A stretch of DNA of 64,000 nucleotides, from positions 64,001 to 128,000 of the forward strand of contig JAZDQA010000005.1 in NCBI GenBank assembly GCA_043797085.1, written 5' to 3'. The stretch's first letter is position 1. Every line of letters begins with the position of its first letter. This document shows, piece by piece, positions 9,806 through 20,446 of the stretch. A program made the translations under genes and the position numbers. The stretch comes from Pseudomonadota bacterium (GTDB lineage: Bacteria > Campylobacterota > Campylobacteria > Campylobacterales > Sulfurimonadaceae). The notes below the pieces were generated by a model. It was not told the origin of the DNA and made no database searches. It was given only the letters and a program-made list of their open reading frames with translations.

Positions 9806-9889
9806 TAGAATTCCTAATATAGGATAAAGTATGATTAGATATTATCATACTTTAAAAGAAATATAACTGACGTTTTCCACTCTTGGAAT

Positions 9890-10456
9890 TTAGGCTGTAG
9901 CGTTTAGAATATTGCCCCCAAGAGCAGTGATTTTTTCATCGATTTTTGCCAGTGCTTTGTTTAGTGTTTCGTAGGAAATATCAGGCAGTTTTCCACCCCA
10001 TATTTTTTCGGCTTCATTAAATCCGCGAACGATTCCCTCTCGACCTGCTTTGAGTCTATCGATATCATCGCCACCGCCGCTGAGAACAAAATCGGCAAGA
10101 CGATTGGACGTTTGTGCGACTCCGAAAAATCCCTCTTCACTGACCAATGCTTTCGCTTCATCAGGGTTCATATCGGCTATGGGTTTACCGGTATATCCGA
10201 TGGCGGTAAAATCAATGGATTTTAAAATATCTTTAACTTTATTGATATCAAATGAGGCACTTTGTGCTTCTAAATTATTGGAGGAATAACTTTCAACGCT
10301 TTGGGTGTATTCAATAAGATAAGCTTGAGAAAGAGTTTTTCCTGAAATCTCACCGCTTTTTATTTTCTCTTTAAAGTCGGCAGACTCTTTTTCATTTTGT
10401 CCGAGGGTATTTGCCGCGTATGGATTAACTGAACTTGTTGTTGTATTGACTTGCAT
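9890..10456 (-). CDS. Conserved hypothetical protein (Campylobacterota family)
   Basis: Good RBS (AAAGGA). Conserved-looking block LVSEEGFFGV.QTSNRL...GFNEAEKIWGG.LPDISYET. Confidence 0.7.
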   Translation of the reverse strand: MQVNTTTSSVNPYAANTLGQNEKESADFKEKIKSGEISGKTLSQAYLIEYTQSVESYSSNNLEAQSASFDINKVKDILKSIDFTAIGYTGKPIADMNPDEAKALVSEEGFFGVAQTSNRLADFVLSGGGDDIDRLKAGREGIVRGFNEAEKIWGGKLPDISYETLNKALAKIDEKITALGGNILNATA

Positions 10457-10483
10457 AATGGTTCCTTTGTAAATCGTATACCT

Positions 10484-10510
10484 CTATATCGTCCAAATCA
10501 CTATTTTTTA
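10484..10510 (-). promoter_or_regulatory. Putative sigma28 (FliA) promoter
   Basis: Minus strand reads TAAAAAATAGTGATTTGGACGATATAG: TAAA plus CGATAT, about 30 nt upstream of the 10456 start. Confidence 0.45.
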
Positions 10511-10513
10511 TTA

Positions 10514-10587
10514 ACGCCAAAGGAATAAAAATCCCTTTAGCTACGCTTGCAGCACAAGGCACTAAAGCTTGCCTCTTGCGAGGCAGA
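10514..10587 (-). repeat. Partial copy (copy C) of the intergenic structured element, preceded by a GCAA-tetraloop hairpin
   Basis: Minus strand: TGCCTC-GCAA-GAGGCA ... CGTAGCTAAAGGGATTTTTATTCCTTTGGCGT, matching the terminal hairpin of the 21288 and 22615 copies. Confidence 0.7.
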
Positions 10588-10588
10588 A

Positions 10589-11796
10589 TTACTCATGTCG
10601 CAGGGCATCGATCGGATTAAGTCGGGCTGCCTTTCGCGCCGGAAAATATCCAAAAACGATCCCGACGATTGTTGAAAATAAAAAAGCGATAACAACAATC
10701 GAGGTATTGAAAACAAAAGGAAGCTCAAAAAAGAGGTTGATTCCCACCCCCACGCTGACTCCAAGCATCATACCGATAATTCCTCCCAGCGAAGAGAGGA
10801 CAACGGCTTCGACCAAAAATTGAAGCAATACTTCACGCTCCAGTGCACCTATAGCCAGACGGATACCGATTTCCCGTGTTCGTTCAGTGACGGAGACGAG
10901 CATGATGTTCATGATTCCGATCCCTCCGACAAGCAAGCTTATGGCTGCGACGGCACCCAGTAAGACGGTTAGCATTTTGGTTGTGGAAGAGAGGGTTTGG
11001 ACGACTTCACGCAAGTCTCTGACATTGAAGTCATCTTCATCTCCCATGCGTATATGACGGCGTTCACGCATGAGGGATGTAACACTGTTTTTGATCGTTT
11101 CAACTGTGGAAGCATTTTTTGCGGAAAGCATGATGGTTGAAATATCCTGATTGCCGCTGATACGACGCTGGAACATTCGAATCGGAACGACGATCAGATC
11201 GTCCTGATCCGTTCCGAACATCGATGCACCTTTAGGATGAAGCAGTCCGACGACCTGACACGAAAAATTTCCCAAACGAATCGATGCATCAATTGGATTT
11301 TGCTCACCGAAAAGTTCTTTGCGGATGGTTTCTCCGATGATGCAGACGGCTTTTCCCCCTTGCAGTTCGGCAGGAGTGAAGTTGCGTCCGGATTCAAAAA
11401 TCCAATCTTTGACGGTGAAATAATCGTTATTGCTTCCATCGATCGATGTGGAGTAGTTTTGATTGCCATAGACTACTTGCATCCCTTTGGATGAGACGGG
11501 AGCTACCCCTTTTAGACTTCCGATCTCGCGTGAAATGGCAGTAATGTCATCTTGGGTAAAACGTTTGGCAGTGGCATCACCACCACCTGGACCGTGACGC
11601 TCTTGTCCGGGGCGGATGATGAGCATATTACTGCCGAGTTTGGAGATACTGTTAGTAACGTATGCGGTCGTAGCGTCACCTAGCATTACCATGGCAATGA
11701 CGGAGGCTACTCCGATGACAATCCCCAACGTCGTCAGAACAGAACGCATCACACTGCGGCGGATTTCGCGAAGAGCCAAAATAAAGGCATTCCAAA

Positions 11797-11800
<4 letters not shown>
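10589..11800 (-). CDS. MacB-like ABC exporter permease
   Basis: RSVLTTLGIVIGVASVI, GGIGIMNIMLVSVTERTREIGIR, PARKAARLNPIDALRHE. Confidence 0.93.
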
Positions 11801-12494
<694 letters not shown>

Positions 12495-12498
<4 letters not shown>

Positions 12499-13715
12499 AG
12501 TTCTTCTTCAATGCCGATGATGATGCGATCACCGATTTTTAAGGATGAACCCTGCACTATACTGCTAATACCGTCTGATTGTCCGATAGCAACTTTTATT
12601 TTGGTTGGAGTTTCATTTTTTAATACCCAAACATACTTTCCTTTGTCCTCTTGATCTGTGGCATGCTTTTTCTTATCGTCATTGTCCGAAAGAGGAGGGG
12701 TAAAGCGTAATGCCGCATTAGGGATAACGGGGACACTTTTAAACGTGCCGGTAATAATAGAGGCATTGGCAGTCATCCCCGGACGCAAAAGGAGATTAGT
12801 GTTGTGAACTTCTACCACCGCTTCATAGGTGACGACTCCGTTTACGATAGCCGAATTCATCCGCAGTTGTGTGATTTTTCCTTCGAATTGTCGGTTTGGG
12901 TACGCATCGACGCTAAATTGTACTTTTTGCCCCTCCTTGACTTCTCCGACATCGGCTTCATCGACGCTGACGATTACGCGCATTTTTGTTAAATCTTCTG
13001 CCATTTTAAAGAGTACAGGAGTCTGCATGGATGCCACGACAGTTTGCCCCGGCTCGATTTTTCGCTCCAATACGATTCCATTTACGGGAGAAACCACAAC
13101 GGCTTTACGAAGATCGTCTCTATCGGCATTGAGTTGTGCGGTAGATTGATCGCTTTGAGCAACAGCGGATGCCAGCTGGGCTTTGGCTTTTTCAACGGCA
13201 GTTGAGGTGTTGTCCATTTCCTGTTTGGAAGGGTAGTTTCCACCCGTTGCTGTGTACATTGAGCGAACTCTTCCCCATTCATTTTGAGCATTTTTTAATG
13301 TTGCTTTGGCTTGAGAAATACTAGCTTGACTGCCGGCAAGTGAGGCTTGGGAACTAATCACTTTAGAATTTAGTTTGGTCGTATCAAGCCTCGCCATGAC
13401 TTGCCCCACCTTTACCTGATCGTTATAATCGACGAGCACTTCGCTGATGGTTCCGGAGACTTCTATACCCACATCGACAGTATTTGTTGGCTCTATGTTC
13501 CCCGTTGCTGAGACCGTGGTGGTAAGCGTTTTGACCACAAGCTGGGAAGTTGTATACGTTACTTTTTTATCATCCGCATGTTTCATCCATCCCCAAACAC
13601 CTGCACCCGCTATTAATAAAAAAAGTCCTAAAAACCAAAGATATTTTTTTATAGGTCGTTTGGCGGATGTCCCCAGCCCGAGTGTTTTTTCGATAGTCTG
13701 AGATGAAGAAGTCAT
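12495..13715 (-). CDS. MacA-like periplasmic adaptor (membrane fusion protein)
   Basis: N-terminal TM, SATGNIEP...VDYNDQVKVGQ, coiled-coil hairpin, SPVNG, VDEADVG, LRPGMTA. Confidence 0.9.
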
Positions 13716-14926
13716 AATAGTTCCTTAGAAGTTTTGAGGGAAAAATGGAGTTTGGCAAGCTCTGTTTGGATATTGATTTCATTGATTTTAATCTCTAATT
13801 CCTCAATTTTTTTGGAATTTTTGAGTGTTTGAAGATCGTAACCGGTTTTCGTTCCTGAATCGACTCCCGCTTGGGTAGCTTGGATGAGATCATCGTAGAG
13901 GGCGAGATTATGCGTCGTGATGGCAATGTATTCACGATAACTCTCGATTTTTTCGATGGTCTGGGTATAGGTAGATTCGAGTTCACGACGTTTATCGGCA
14001 CTGGTGGCTACTTCTTGGAGATACGATGCTTTTGCCTCTTGGATAGTGGATGATGCATTATAAACTAGAGGGAGGTTGAGCGATACCCCCGCTCCGTAAT
14101 AGTTGCCACTGTAACTGCCGGAGAGTTCTTTTGGGTCATAGCTTTGATAGCCGATATTTCCATTGACCGCTAGAGAGGGGAGATAGTTAGTGCGGGTGAC
14201 ATCGTAAAGTTTTTGAAGTGTATCACTTTGAGCACGAGCGTATTGCACCTCAAATTGATTTTGCAAAAAATCTTCTTTTTGGATCAGCTCAAAACTGGGA
14301 ATTGAAAAAGTGTTTGGATCTATATCACTGATTTTAGTGACCTCAAAGCGCTGTTGGGCAATAGCGTATTTAGCGGATGCATAGGTTTTGAGTTCGCTGC
14401 TTTTGAGCATTAGTACATTATTGAGTTCGGTTATGTCTGCTTTTCCTGCATCGTATAAATGACGTTTGATGAATAGGGCGATTTCATGATTATCTAGTCG
14501 AAGCCGGCTTTGCTCAAGCTGCAGGAGACTTTTTTGTACACTTAATAGCGCGGTAAAAAGTTGTTGATTCAGTGACGCGATTTGCATTTGCAAGGTTATG
14601 GAATTGGTTTGCATTTTGGCATCGGCGTACTGGATTTGATAGGTGATTCCACCGGAGCGAAAAATGTCTTGTGAAACGGAGGCGGAAGCACGCTTCATAT
14701 CACTGTGAGTATCTCCTAACGCACTTTTATCATATTCGTAGGTGGCGTTAAGATTGATGGGGGCTATCCAGTTGGTTCGCAGTTTCTCGTGTTCTGAGTC
14801 ATATATCTCTTGCTGTTTTTGCAAGATCGTCTGTTTTTCGTTGGAAAGCAGCGTCATATTATCTGCTGCACTCACAGCCATAGAACAAAAAGCCAAGATA
14901 GGGAAAAGTAAAGGATGATATTTCAT
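13712..14926 (-). CDS. TolC-family outer membrane channel
   Basis: Signal peptide, repeated OEP pattern (YLPSLAV...GVSLNLPL), first gene of an overlapping MacAB operon. Confidence 0.8.
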   Translation of the reverse strand: MKYHPLLFPILAFCSMAVSAADNMTLLSNEKQTILQKQQEIYDSEHEKLRTNWIAPINLNATYEYDKSALGDTHSDMKRASASVSQDIFRSGGITYQIQYADAKMQTNSITLQMQIASLNQQLFTALLSVQKSLLQLEQSRLRLDNHEIALFIKRHLYDAGKADITELNNVLMLKSSELKTYASAKYAIAQQRFEVTKISDIDPNTFSIPSFELIQKEDFLQNQFEVQYARAQSDTLQKLYDVTRTNYLPSLAVNGNIGYQSYDPKELSGSYSGNYYGAGVSLNLPLVYNASSTIQEAKASYLQEVATSADKRRELESTYTQTIEKIESYREYIAITTHNLALYDDLIQATQAGVDSGTKTGYDLQTLKNSKKIEELEIKINEINIQTELAKLHFSLKTSKELL

Positions 14927-14971
14927 CCTTCTATTGTAATATAAATTGGGTAATCAAAAAGTAACAAAAGG

Positions 14972-15640
14972 TTAATAAGTGTGAATAGAGAGGTCTCTTT
15001 GGGGTCTTATTCTAAAGCGTTTTGTTGAAATACACCCGATCTGATACTCGACCATCGATAAAAATGGCTCTAAAAAAGGTTCAAACTGTGCATCATCTAT
15101 GGTTTCTAATCCGTGAGCGTTGAGCAACTCTAAAATAGTAAGGGTTGATTCGATGGTTGAAAGACAAAAATCTTTGGGCTGTTCTTTGATTTGAAATTGA
15201 GAGCACTTGGTATGGGTGAAACTCAGTTTCGGCAACCGTTGTAGATTGGTGCTCAAACGAAGCATTTTCATCGAACAAGGCCACGTCGAATCGAGGATAA
15301 AAATCACTAACTGCTTGTTTTGAAGATCGATTTTTTGGGCATTGAGATGGAGAGAGTCATTCCCGGGATAGAGGAGATAGCAACAATTATTGGTATCGTC
15401 TATGAGGGCATTAACTGCGTTATGATTTGTAAAATCAACATCGATATAAATTTCTGAATTGGGAAGAGAGAGATGGGTCATTCTACCCGTCCCGTTTTTG
15501 GTCTTTTTAAACTCTTTGGGGTGCATTAAGATGATAAATTTTGTTGCAGTTTGAATCGGTTTGACGCAGGTGCATAAGCACTGTTTTTGAGGTCGATAAC
15601 AGTGATAACATGTCTCTCTGTTTACAGTTTCGCTATCCAT
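14972..15640 (-). CDS. DTW-domain tRNA-uridine aminocarboxypropyltransferase (TapT-like)
   Basis: CxxCxRP..CLC zinc motif, HPKE, TG, LYP, DSTW, CLSTIE. Confidence 0.88.
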   Translation of the reverse strand: MDSETVNRETCYHCYRPQKQCLCTCVKPIQTATKFIILMHPKEFKKTKNGTGRMTHLSLPNSEIYIDVDFTNHNAVNALIDDTNNCCYLLYPGNDSLHLNAQKIDLQNKQLVIFILDSTWPCSMKMLRLSTNLQRLPKLSFTHTKCSQFQIKEQPKDFCLSTIESTLTILELLNAHGLETIDDAQFEPFLEPFLSMVEYQIGCISTKRFRIRPQRDLSIHTY

Positions 15641-15700
15641 ACCAAATCTTTCAATTTTTTTTGACAGTATACTAGATAAATAATCTCAAATCTTAGGCTG

Positions 15701-15716
15701 TTATCGTTTTAGATAG
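15701..15716. promoter_or_regulatory. Candidate operator TTATCGTTTTAGATAG (TATC-N6-GATA palindrome)
   Basis: 15/16 identical to 16782-16797; lies upstream of the rhodanese. Confidence 0.4.
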
Positions 15717-15788
15717 CTAGTAAAGGAAAAAAATTATCGTTTAAGTGAAATCTCTTTATGATTGGCAAAATTATTACAAGGAACTTTA

Positions 15789-16673
15789 ATGAAACTTTTC
15801 ATCGCATTGGCAGTGAGTGCTGTATCTCTTTTGGCAATCGAGCCGTTAGTAAGCCCGCAATGGCTCAATGAACATAAAAATGATCCAAAACTTCGTATTA
15901 TCGAAGTCTCCGATGGAAATGCGTATGCGTTAGAACACATTACGAATGCAGGGCACACGGCTATTGGAAAATGGCGATATGACAACGGTACTTTTCTTTC
16001 GATCCGTCCCGTAGCAGAGATTGAAAAAGAGATCAGCGCATTAGGAATCGATGAAAACAGCGACGTCGTATTGTACGCACCGATCAATGAGCCCAAAGAT
16101 CTTCTCAAAGCGAGTTATATTTATTGGGCGTTAAACTATCACGGTGTTAAAAATGTTGCACTCTTGGACGGAGGGATGAAGGGATGGAAAAACGGATCAT
16201 TCGAATTGACACAAGCACAATCCGATATCAAGCCAACTGCATTTAAAGCGAAAATACAAAAAGAAAAAATCGCTGATCTTACCTACGTTAAAAATCATTT
16301 AGGAAAACTCCCGATGATCGATGCCCGCCCCAGCGATATGTACCTAGGAGTGACTCCAACAGCGACGGTAAAGCGTAATGGTCATATCAAAGGTGGTATG
16401 AGTTACTCATGGAACTATTCGGTCGATAAAGAGTACATTCTTAAACCAAAAGCACTTTTAGAGAGCGTTTTCAAAGAAGGGTACGGATTGGATAAAAACA
16501 AAGAAGTACTCGTCTATTGTACAGGTGGGCTAGAAACCTCGTATAACTATTTCGTCCTCAGCGGTGTACTGGGATACAAAAATGTCCGTTTATACGATGC
16601 ATCGATGAAAGAGTGGGGCAACCGTGAAGATACAGCGATGACACAATACCGCTACGAGAATTTTAAACAATAA
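15789..16673 (+). CDS. Exported tandem-domain rhodanese/sulfurtransferase
   Basis: Signal peptide MKLFIALAVSAVSLLA after RBS AAGGA; LLDGG, IDARP, GHIKG, catalytic YCTGG, LYDASMKEWG. Confidence 0.9.
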   Translation: MKLFIALAVSAVSLLAIEPLVSPQWLNEHKNDPKLRIIEVSDGNAYALEHITNAGHTAIGKWRYDNGTFLSIRPVAEIEKEISALGIDENSDVVLYAPINEPKDLLKASYIYWALNYHGVKNVALLDGGMKGWKNGSFELTQAQSDIKPTAFKAKIQKEKIADLTYVKNHLGKLPMIDARPSDMYLGVTPTATVKRNGHIKGGMSYSWNYSVDKEYILKPKALLESVFKEGYGLDKNKEVLVYCTGGLETSYNYFVLSGVLGYKNVRLYDASMKEWGNREDTAMTQYRYENFKQ

Positions 16674-16687
16674 ATTTCATCTCATCA

Positions 16688-16703
16688 TTCCCCTTTCGGG
16701 GAA
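16688..16703 (+). terminator. Hairpin after rhodanese (possible terminator or mRNA stabiliser)
   Basis: TTCCCC-TTTC-GGGGAA, 15 nt after the stop; no clear U-tract follows. Confidence 0.5.
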
Positions 16704-16781
16704 ATCCAATTCTTCTCAAAAAAATACTAAGATTTTTATATGTAATGTTAAATCACTATAATTGCAAAACAAAATAAAAAA

Positions 16782-16797
16782 TTATCATTTTAGATAG
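16782..16797. promoter_or_regulatory. Candidate operator TTATCATTTTAGATAG, overlapping a Fur-box-like AT-rich site
   Basis: Second copy of the 15701 motif. Minus strand 16772-16790 reads AAATGATAATTTTTTATTT (Fur-like half-site). Confidence 0.4.
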
Positions 16798-16820
16798 TGT
16801 TTATAACAAAAGGAACTCTC

Positions 16821-18857
16821 ATGAATCGTATCCCACTTCTTCTTACTTTCACTCTTTCGCTTGTCTGCGCACAGGAGATTGTTCAGATGGAAAAAATTGA
16901 GGTGCAGGAAAATGTTTCAGTTATCGAAGAGCGAAAAGAGAGTTCAATAGCCAAGCGTATTATTACAGGTTCTGAGCTCACGCAATACGGTGACATGAAT
17001 GCTCTTGAGGTATTGAAGCGAACGCCGGGAGTAACACTTTCAGATGGAAAAGGGAAAAAAGGGGCTCCGGGAAAAGGGTATACCGTTGTCATGATCGACG
17101 GCGAGCAAACTTCCGGTTCCAAACGGGGAAATCCGTTGGAGCAAATCTCTCCCGATATGATTGAGCGGATCGAAGTGATGACGAACGGTTCAGCGGAATA
17201 TACGGCAGAATCGATGGGCGGTATTGTCAACATTGTCCTCAAAAAGCCAAAATCTCAAGGACTAAGCCGAGTCAAAATAACGGCAGGAGCATACAGCGAT
17301 CAGCCTATGGGGTCATTATTCGCACAGCAAGAGGGAAAATCGGGACATCTTTCGTATTTGATCAATACAACCATCTCCGATAATTCTCAAGCGGATGAAG
17401 TTCTAACGCACACAAACACTCCAACTTCATCCAGCGATGAAACGAGTGACTACGATGCCCGTTATCGCTCGCTTTCATTGAATACAAAACTGATTTATTC
17501 TACGTCACCTAAAAACAAGTACACTTTTGACGGTGCTGTTAATGTCAATGATTACGACAAAACAACGTTGGATACACGTACTATCGACGGCGCACTAACT
17601 CCCGATCGAATTATTCATGGAAATGACAGCGGCGATGGAGCAATGGTATGGGCAAAATTATCGGGTAATCATAATATTTCCACTACAGAATTGGTCGAAT
17701 GGAAGCTAAAATATCATCAAAATAATCAAACAAGCAACACTCGTACGCAATCCACGACATTACTTGAACAAAATGACGATAATAACTATCGTGTATTTGG
17801 AACTGAGGGGAGCTATTCGGTTGCGTTGGAGAATCATTTTATTAAAACAGGATTTGAGCTCAAGCACTCATCCCAGCACGATGAGGTGACATCCAGTACA
17901 AACGGTATGGATACAACTTCAATGAGTGAAAATAAAGGTTCCGTGTATCTCCAAGATGAGGTGACTTTCGGTGAAAATATGGTGATGACCCCGGGATTAC
18001 GCTACGAAACACTGCATCGCGATTACGATACAACTACAAGCATTGGGTATGTAGCGCCCTCACTCCATCTTTTGTACAAACTTACCCCCAATGATAACGT
18101 GCGAGCCAGTATCGCCAAAACCGTTAAACTGCCACGTTTAAATGAACTCTCATCAAACGTTGACAGTTCGTTGTATCAAAATGACCTTACCCATCCCGAT
18201 GTTATTGGAAATCCAGATTTAAAAGAAGAAGAAGCTTTAAGTTATGAGCTTCGAGGTGAGCACTTTTTTGAAGATAAAGGGGTCGTGAGTATCGGCGGAT
18301 TTTATCGCAGTCTCACGGATAAGATCGAAAAAATGACGACCTACAATCCAACTGCATTACGTTATGAAGAGCGCCCATACAACAGTGGAAACGGTGGACT
18401 TTGGGGTATTGAACTGGAACTCAAAAAATCTCTTAACCGATACGTAGAAGGATTGGGAATGTTTGCAAACGCAACTTTTCAAAACTCTTCCCTTACCAAC
18501 AGCGCGAACAATACGACCTATTCGATAAAAGGGACTAACGATTACATTTATAATGTTGGTTTGGATCACACGATTCCCTCTTATCGTCTGACCTATGGAG
18601 GAGCATATCGTTATGTGAGCGGATACGATGACAGCAGAGACATTAATGGTTTTGCAGAATCCCAAAAAGGATACGGTACACTCGACTTTTACGCGATCAA
18701 ACGATTAAATGATACCTTTAAATTGTCTCTGAATCTGAAAAATATCACTCACACAACGATTGAAACTGTTTCCAATGACTACAACGCGGGAACAACTCAA
18801 ATCGATAAAGAAAGATCCACTCCGATAATTCTCCTTTCCTTGGAAGGGAAGTGGTAG
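16821..18857 (+). CDS. TonB-dependent outer membrane receptor
   Basis: Signal peptide, plug (LKRTPGV, VMIDG, IERIEV...GGIVNIVLKK), GNPDLKEE, LNLKNI, terminal aromatic residue (GKW). Confidence 0.92.
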   Translation: MNRIPLLLTFTLSLVCAQEIVQMEKIEVQENVSVIEERKESSIAKRIITGSELTQYGDMNALEVLKRTPGVTLSDGKGKKGAPGKGYTVVMIDGEQTSGSKRGNPLEQISPDMIERIEVMTNGSAEYTAESMGGIVNIVLKKPKSQGLSRVKITAGAYSDQPMGSLFAQQEGKSGHLSYLINTTISDNSQADEVLTHTNTPTSSSDETSDYDARYRSLSLNTKLIYSTSPKNKYTFDGAVNVNDYDKTTLDTRTIDGALTPDRIIHGNDSGDGAMVWAKLSGNHNISTTELVEWKLKYHQNNQTSNTRTQSTTLLEQNDDNNYRVFGTEGSYSVALENHFIKTGFELKHSSQHDEVTSSTNGMDTTSMSENKGSVYLQDEVTFGENMVMTPGLRYETLHRDYDTTTSIGYVAPSLHLLYKLTPNDNVRASIAKTVKLPRLNELSSNVDSSLYQNDLTHPDVIGNPDLKEEEALSYELRGEHFFEDKGVVSIGGFYRSLTDKIEKMTTYNPTALRYEERPYNSGNGGLWGIELELKKSLNRYVEGLGMFANATFQNSSLTNSANNTTYSIKGTNDYIYNVGLDHTIPSYRLTYGGAYRYVSGYDDSRDINGFAESQKGYGTLDFYAIKRLNDTFKLSLNLKNITHTTIETVSNDYNAGTTQIDKERSTPIILLSLEGKW

Positions 18858-18968
18858 AACGACGTAAAAACAATCAAATAAATAAACTTAATCCGTCAAA
18901 TTAAGGAAAAATTGTTAACCGTTTATAGGATAAGATGGTTAATATATTAAAAATTTGAGGAGCTACCC

Positions 18969-19166
18969 ATGAAAGACAATGAACCAACACTCAGTTCAAT
19001 CGAGGACTACGACACCTTAAAAGGATCAAAAAAACGTATTGTTTGGATTGTTATCCTAAGCGGTTTGTTGATTGGTGCCATATTTGTCGGAGTGAGAATA
19101 TATTACGGTGAATCAAGCGACACCATACCCGTTCAAGATACTATTGGCAAAGTGCCAGTCAAATAA
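18969..19166 (+). CDS. Small single-pass membrane protein
   Basis: GAGGAG RBS; one hydrophobic helix RIVWIVILSGLLIGAIFVGV. Confidence 0.7.
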   Translation: MKDNEPTLSSIEDYDTLKGSKKRIVWIVILSGLLIGAIFVGVRIYYGESSDTIPVQDTIGKVPVK

Positions 19167-19201
19167 TGATAAAATTCGCCACTTTTAGCATAAGGTTTTA
19201 A

Positions 19202-20446
19202 ATGATCTCTACCATTATCGTACTCTATAGCGTCTACATTCTCATCCGTCTTTACGTCAGTGTGATGCAGATAGGTTATATCAATCAGATGAAACGCAAA
19301 GGTGCGGTTCTTATGGGAGAACAGGCGTATTTGGATGCCGGTAATTATGCCGTTGCCAAAGAAAAGCTCTCTATGATTGAAGCATTTGTAGAGTACGGAC
19401 TCTTTTTGGTTTGGATGATGGGGATGATTTATTGGCTGGATACGCAGTTAATGGCAGAAAGTGCCGTTGTGCAGTCGATTGCAGCGGTTTTAGGAATGCT
19501 GTTGATTAATTCATTGGTTATGCTTCCTTTGGGATGGATCGCTAAATTCAAGATCGATGCACAATTCGGATTTAACCGCTCTTCTACGGCGCAATTTGTC
19601 AAAGACACACTCATTGGTACGGTACTAACCATCGTTATCGGAAGCATTATTGCGTGGATTATTTCAATGATTATAACCTCCAGCGCGTTATGGTGGTTAT
19701 GGAGTTTTTCATTTATTTTTGCGGTGGTAATCGCATTAAATATGTTTTTTCCGACGATTCGAGCTCTTTTCTTTGACAAAGTGACTCCGTTGGAAAACAG
19801 CGAACTTCGAGAAAAAATTGAAGAGTTGATGAAAAAAACAGGTTTCGTAAGCAGCGGCGTGTTTGTGAGTGATGCCAGTAAGCGTGATGCACGTCTTAAT
19901 GCCTATTTCGGCGGTTTAGGTAAAACAAAACGGGTCGTCTTGTTTGATACCCTGATTGAAAAGCTTTCACCCTCTGAGCTGGTTGCCGTTTTAGGGCATG
20001 AGTTGGGACATTTTGCACACGGCGATTTATACAAAAATATTGCGATGGTGGGAGCAATGCTGTTTGGTATGTTTGCCTTGTTTGGCAATCTCCCTGATAG
20101 TCTCTATCTTGAGCTTGGCGTTGCAAAATCTCCGCACGTTATTATGATGGTATTTATCCTTATTCTTCCTATGGTGAGCTTTGTGATTATGCCGTTGATG
20201 GGGATGATGAGCCGTCATAACGAGTACGAAGCAGACCGTACTGGAGCAGAACTAGGCGGAGCAGAACATCTGGTCAATGCGCTTAAAAAACTGGTGACGG
20301 AGAATAAAAGCTTTCCGTTATCGCATCCAGTTTACCGCTTTTTTCACACAACACATCCTCCGGTTATCGACCGTCTTCGCGCGTTGGGTGCGGATATTCG
20401 AGTGGAGTCTTCGGAAGGTTTTCCTGATCCATGTCCAGTACTCTAA
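19202..20446 (+). CDS. M48 family (Ste24-like) membrane zinc metalloprotease
   Basis: NAYFGG, RVVLFDTL, HELGH, EYEAD, HPP. Confidence 0.93.
   Translation: MISTIIVLYSVYILIRLYVSVMQIGYINQMKRKGAVLMGEQAYLDAGNYAVAKEKLSMIEAFVEYGLFLVWMMGMIYWLDTQLMAESAVVQSIAAVLGMLLINSLVMLPLGWIAKFKIDAQFGFNRSSTAQFVKDTLIGTVLTIVIGSIIAWIISMIITSSALWWLWSFSFIFAVVIALNMFFPTIRALFFDKVTPLENSELREKIEELMKKTGFVSSGVFVSDASKRDARLNAYFGGLGKTKRVVLFDTLIEKLSPSELVAVLGHELGHFAHGDLYKNIAMVGAMLFGMFALFGNLPDSLYLELGVAKSPHVIMMVFILILPMVSFVIMPLMGMMSRHNEYEADRTGAELGGAEHLVNALKKLVTENKSFPLSHPVYRFFHTTHPPVIDRLRALGADIRVESSEGFPDPCPVL

Noticed and set aside
9890..10456. Calling this protein a hydrogenase subunit, a label I recall for similar proteins
   Set aside because: No Cys or Ni/Fe-S motifs and no hydrogenase genes nearby.
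15762..15780. TTGGCA...TTAC as a sigma54 promoter for the rhodanese
   Set aside because: Lacks the -12 GC and is too close to the start codon.
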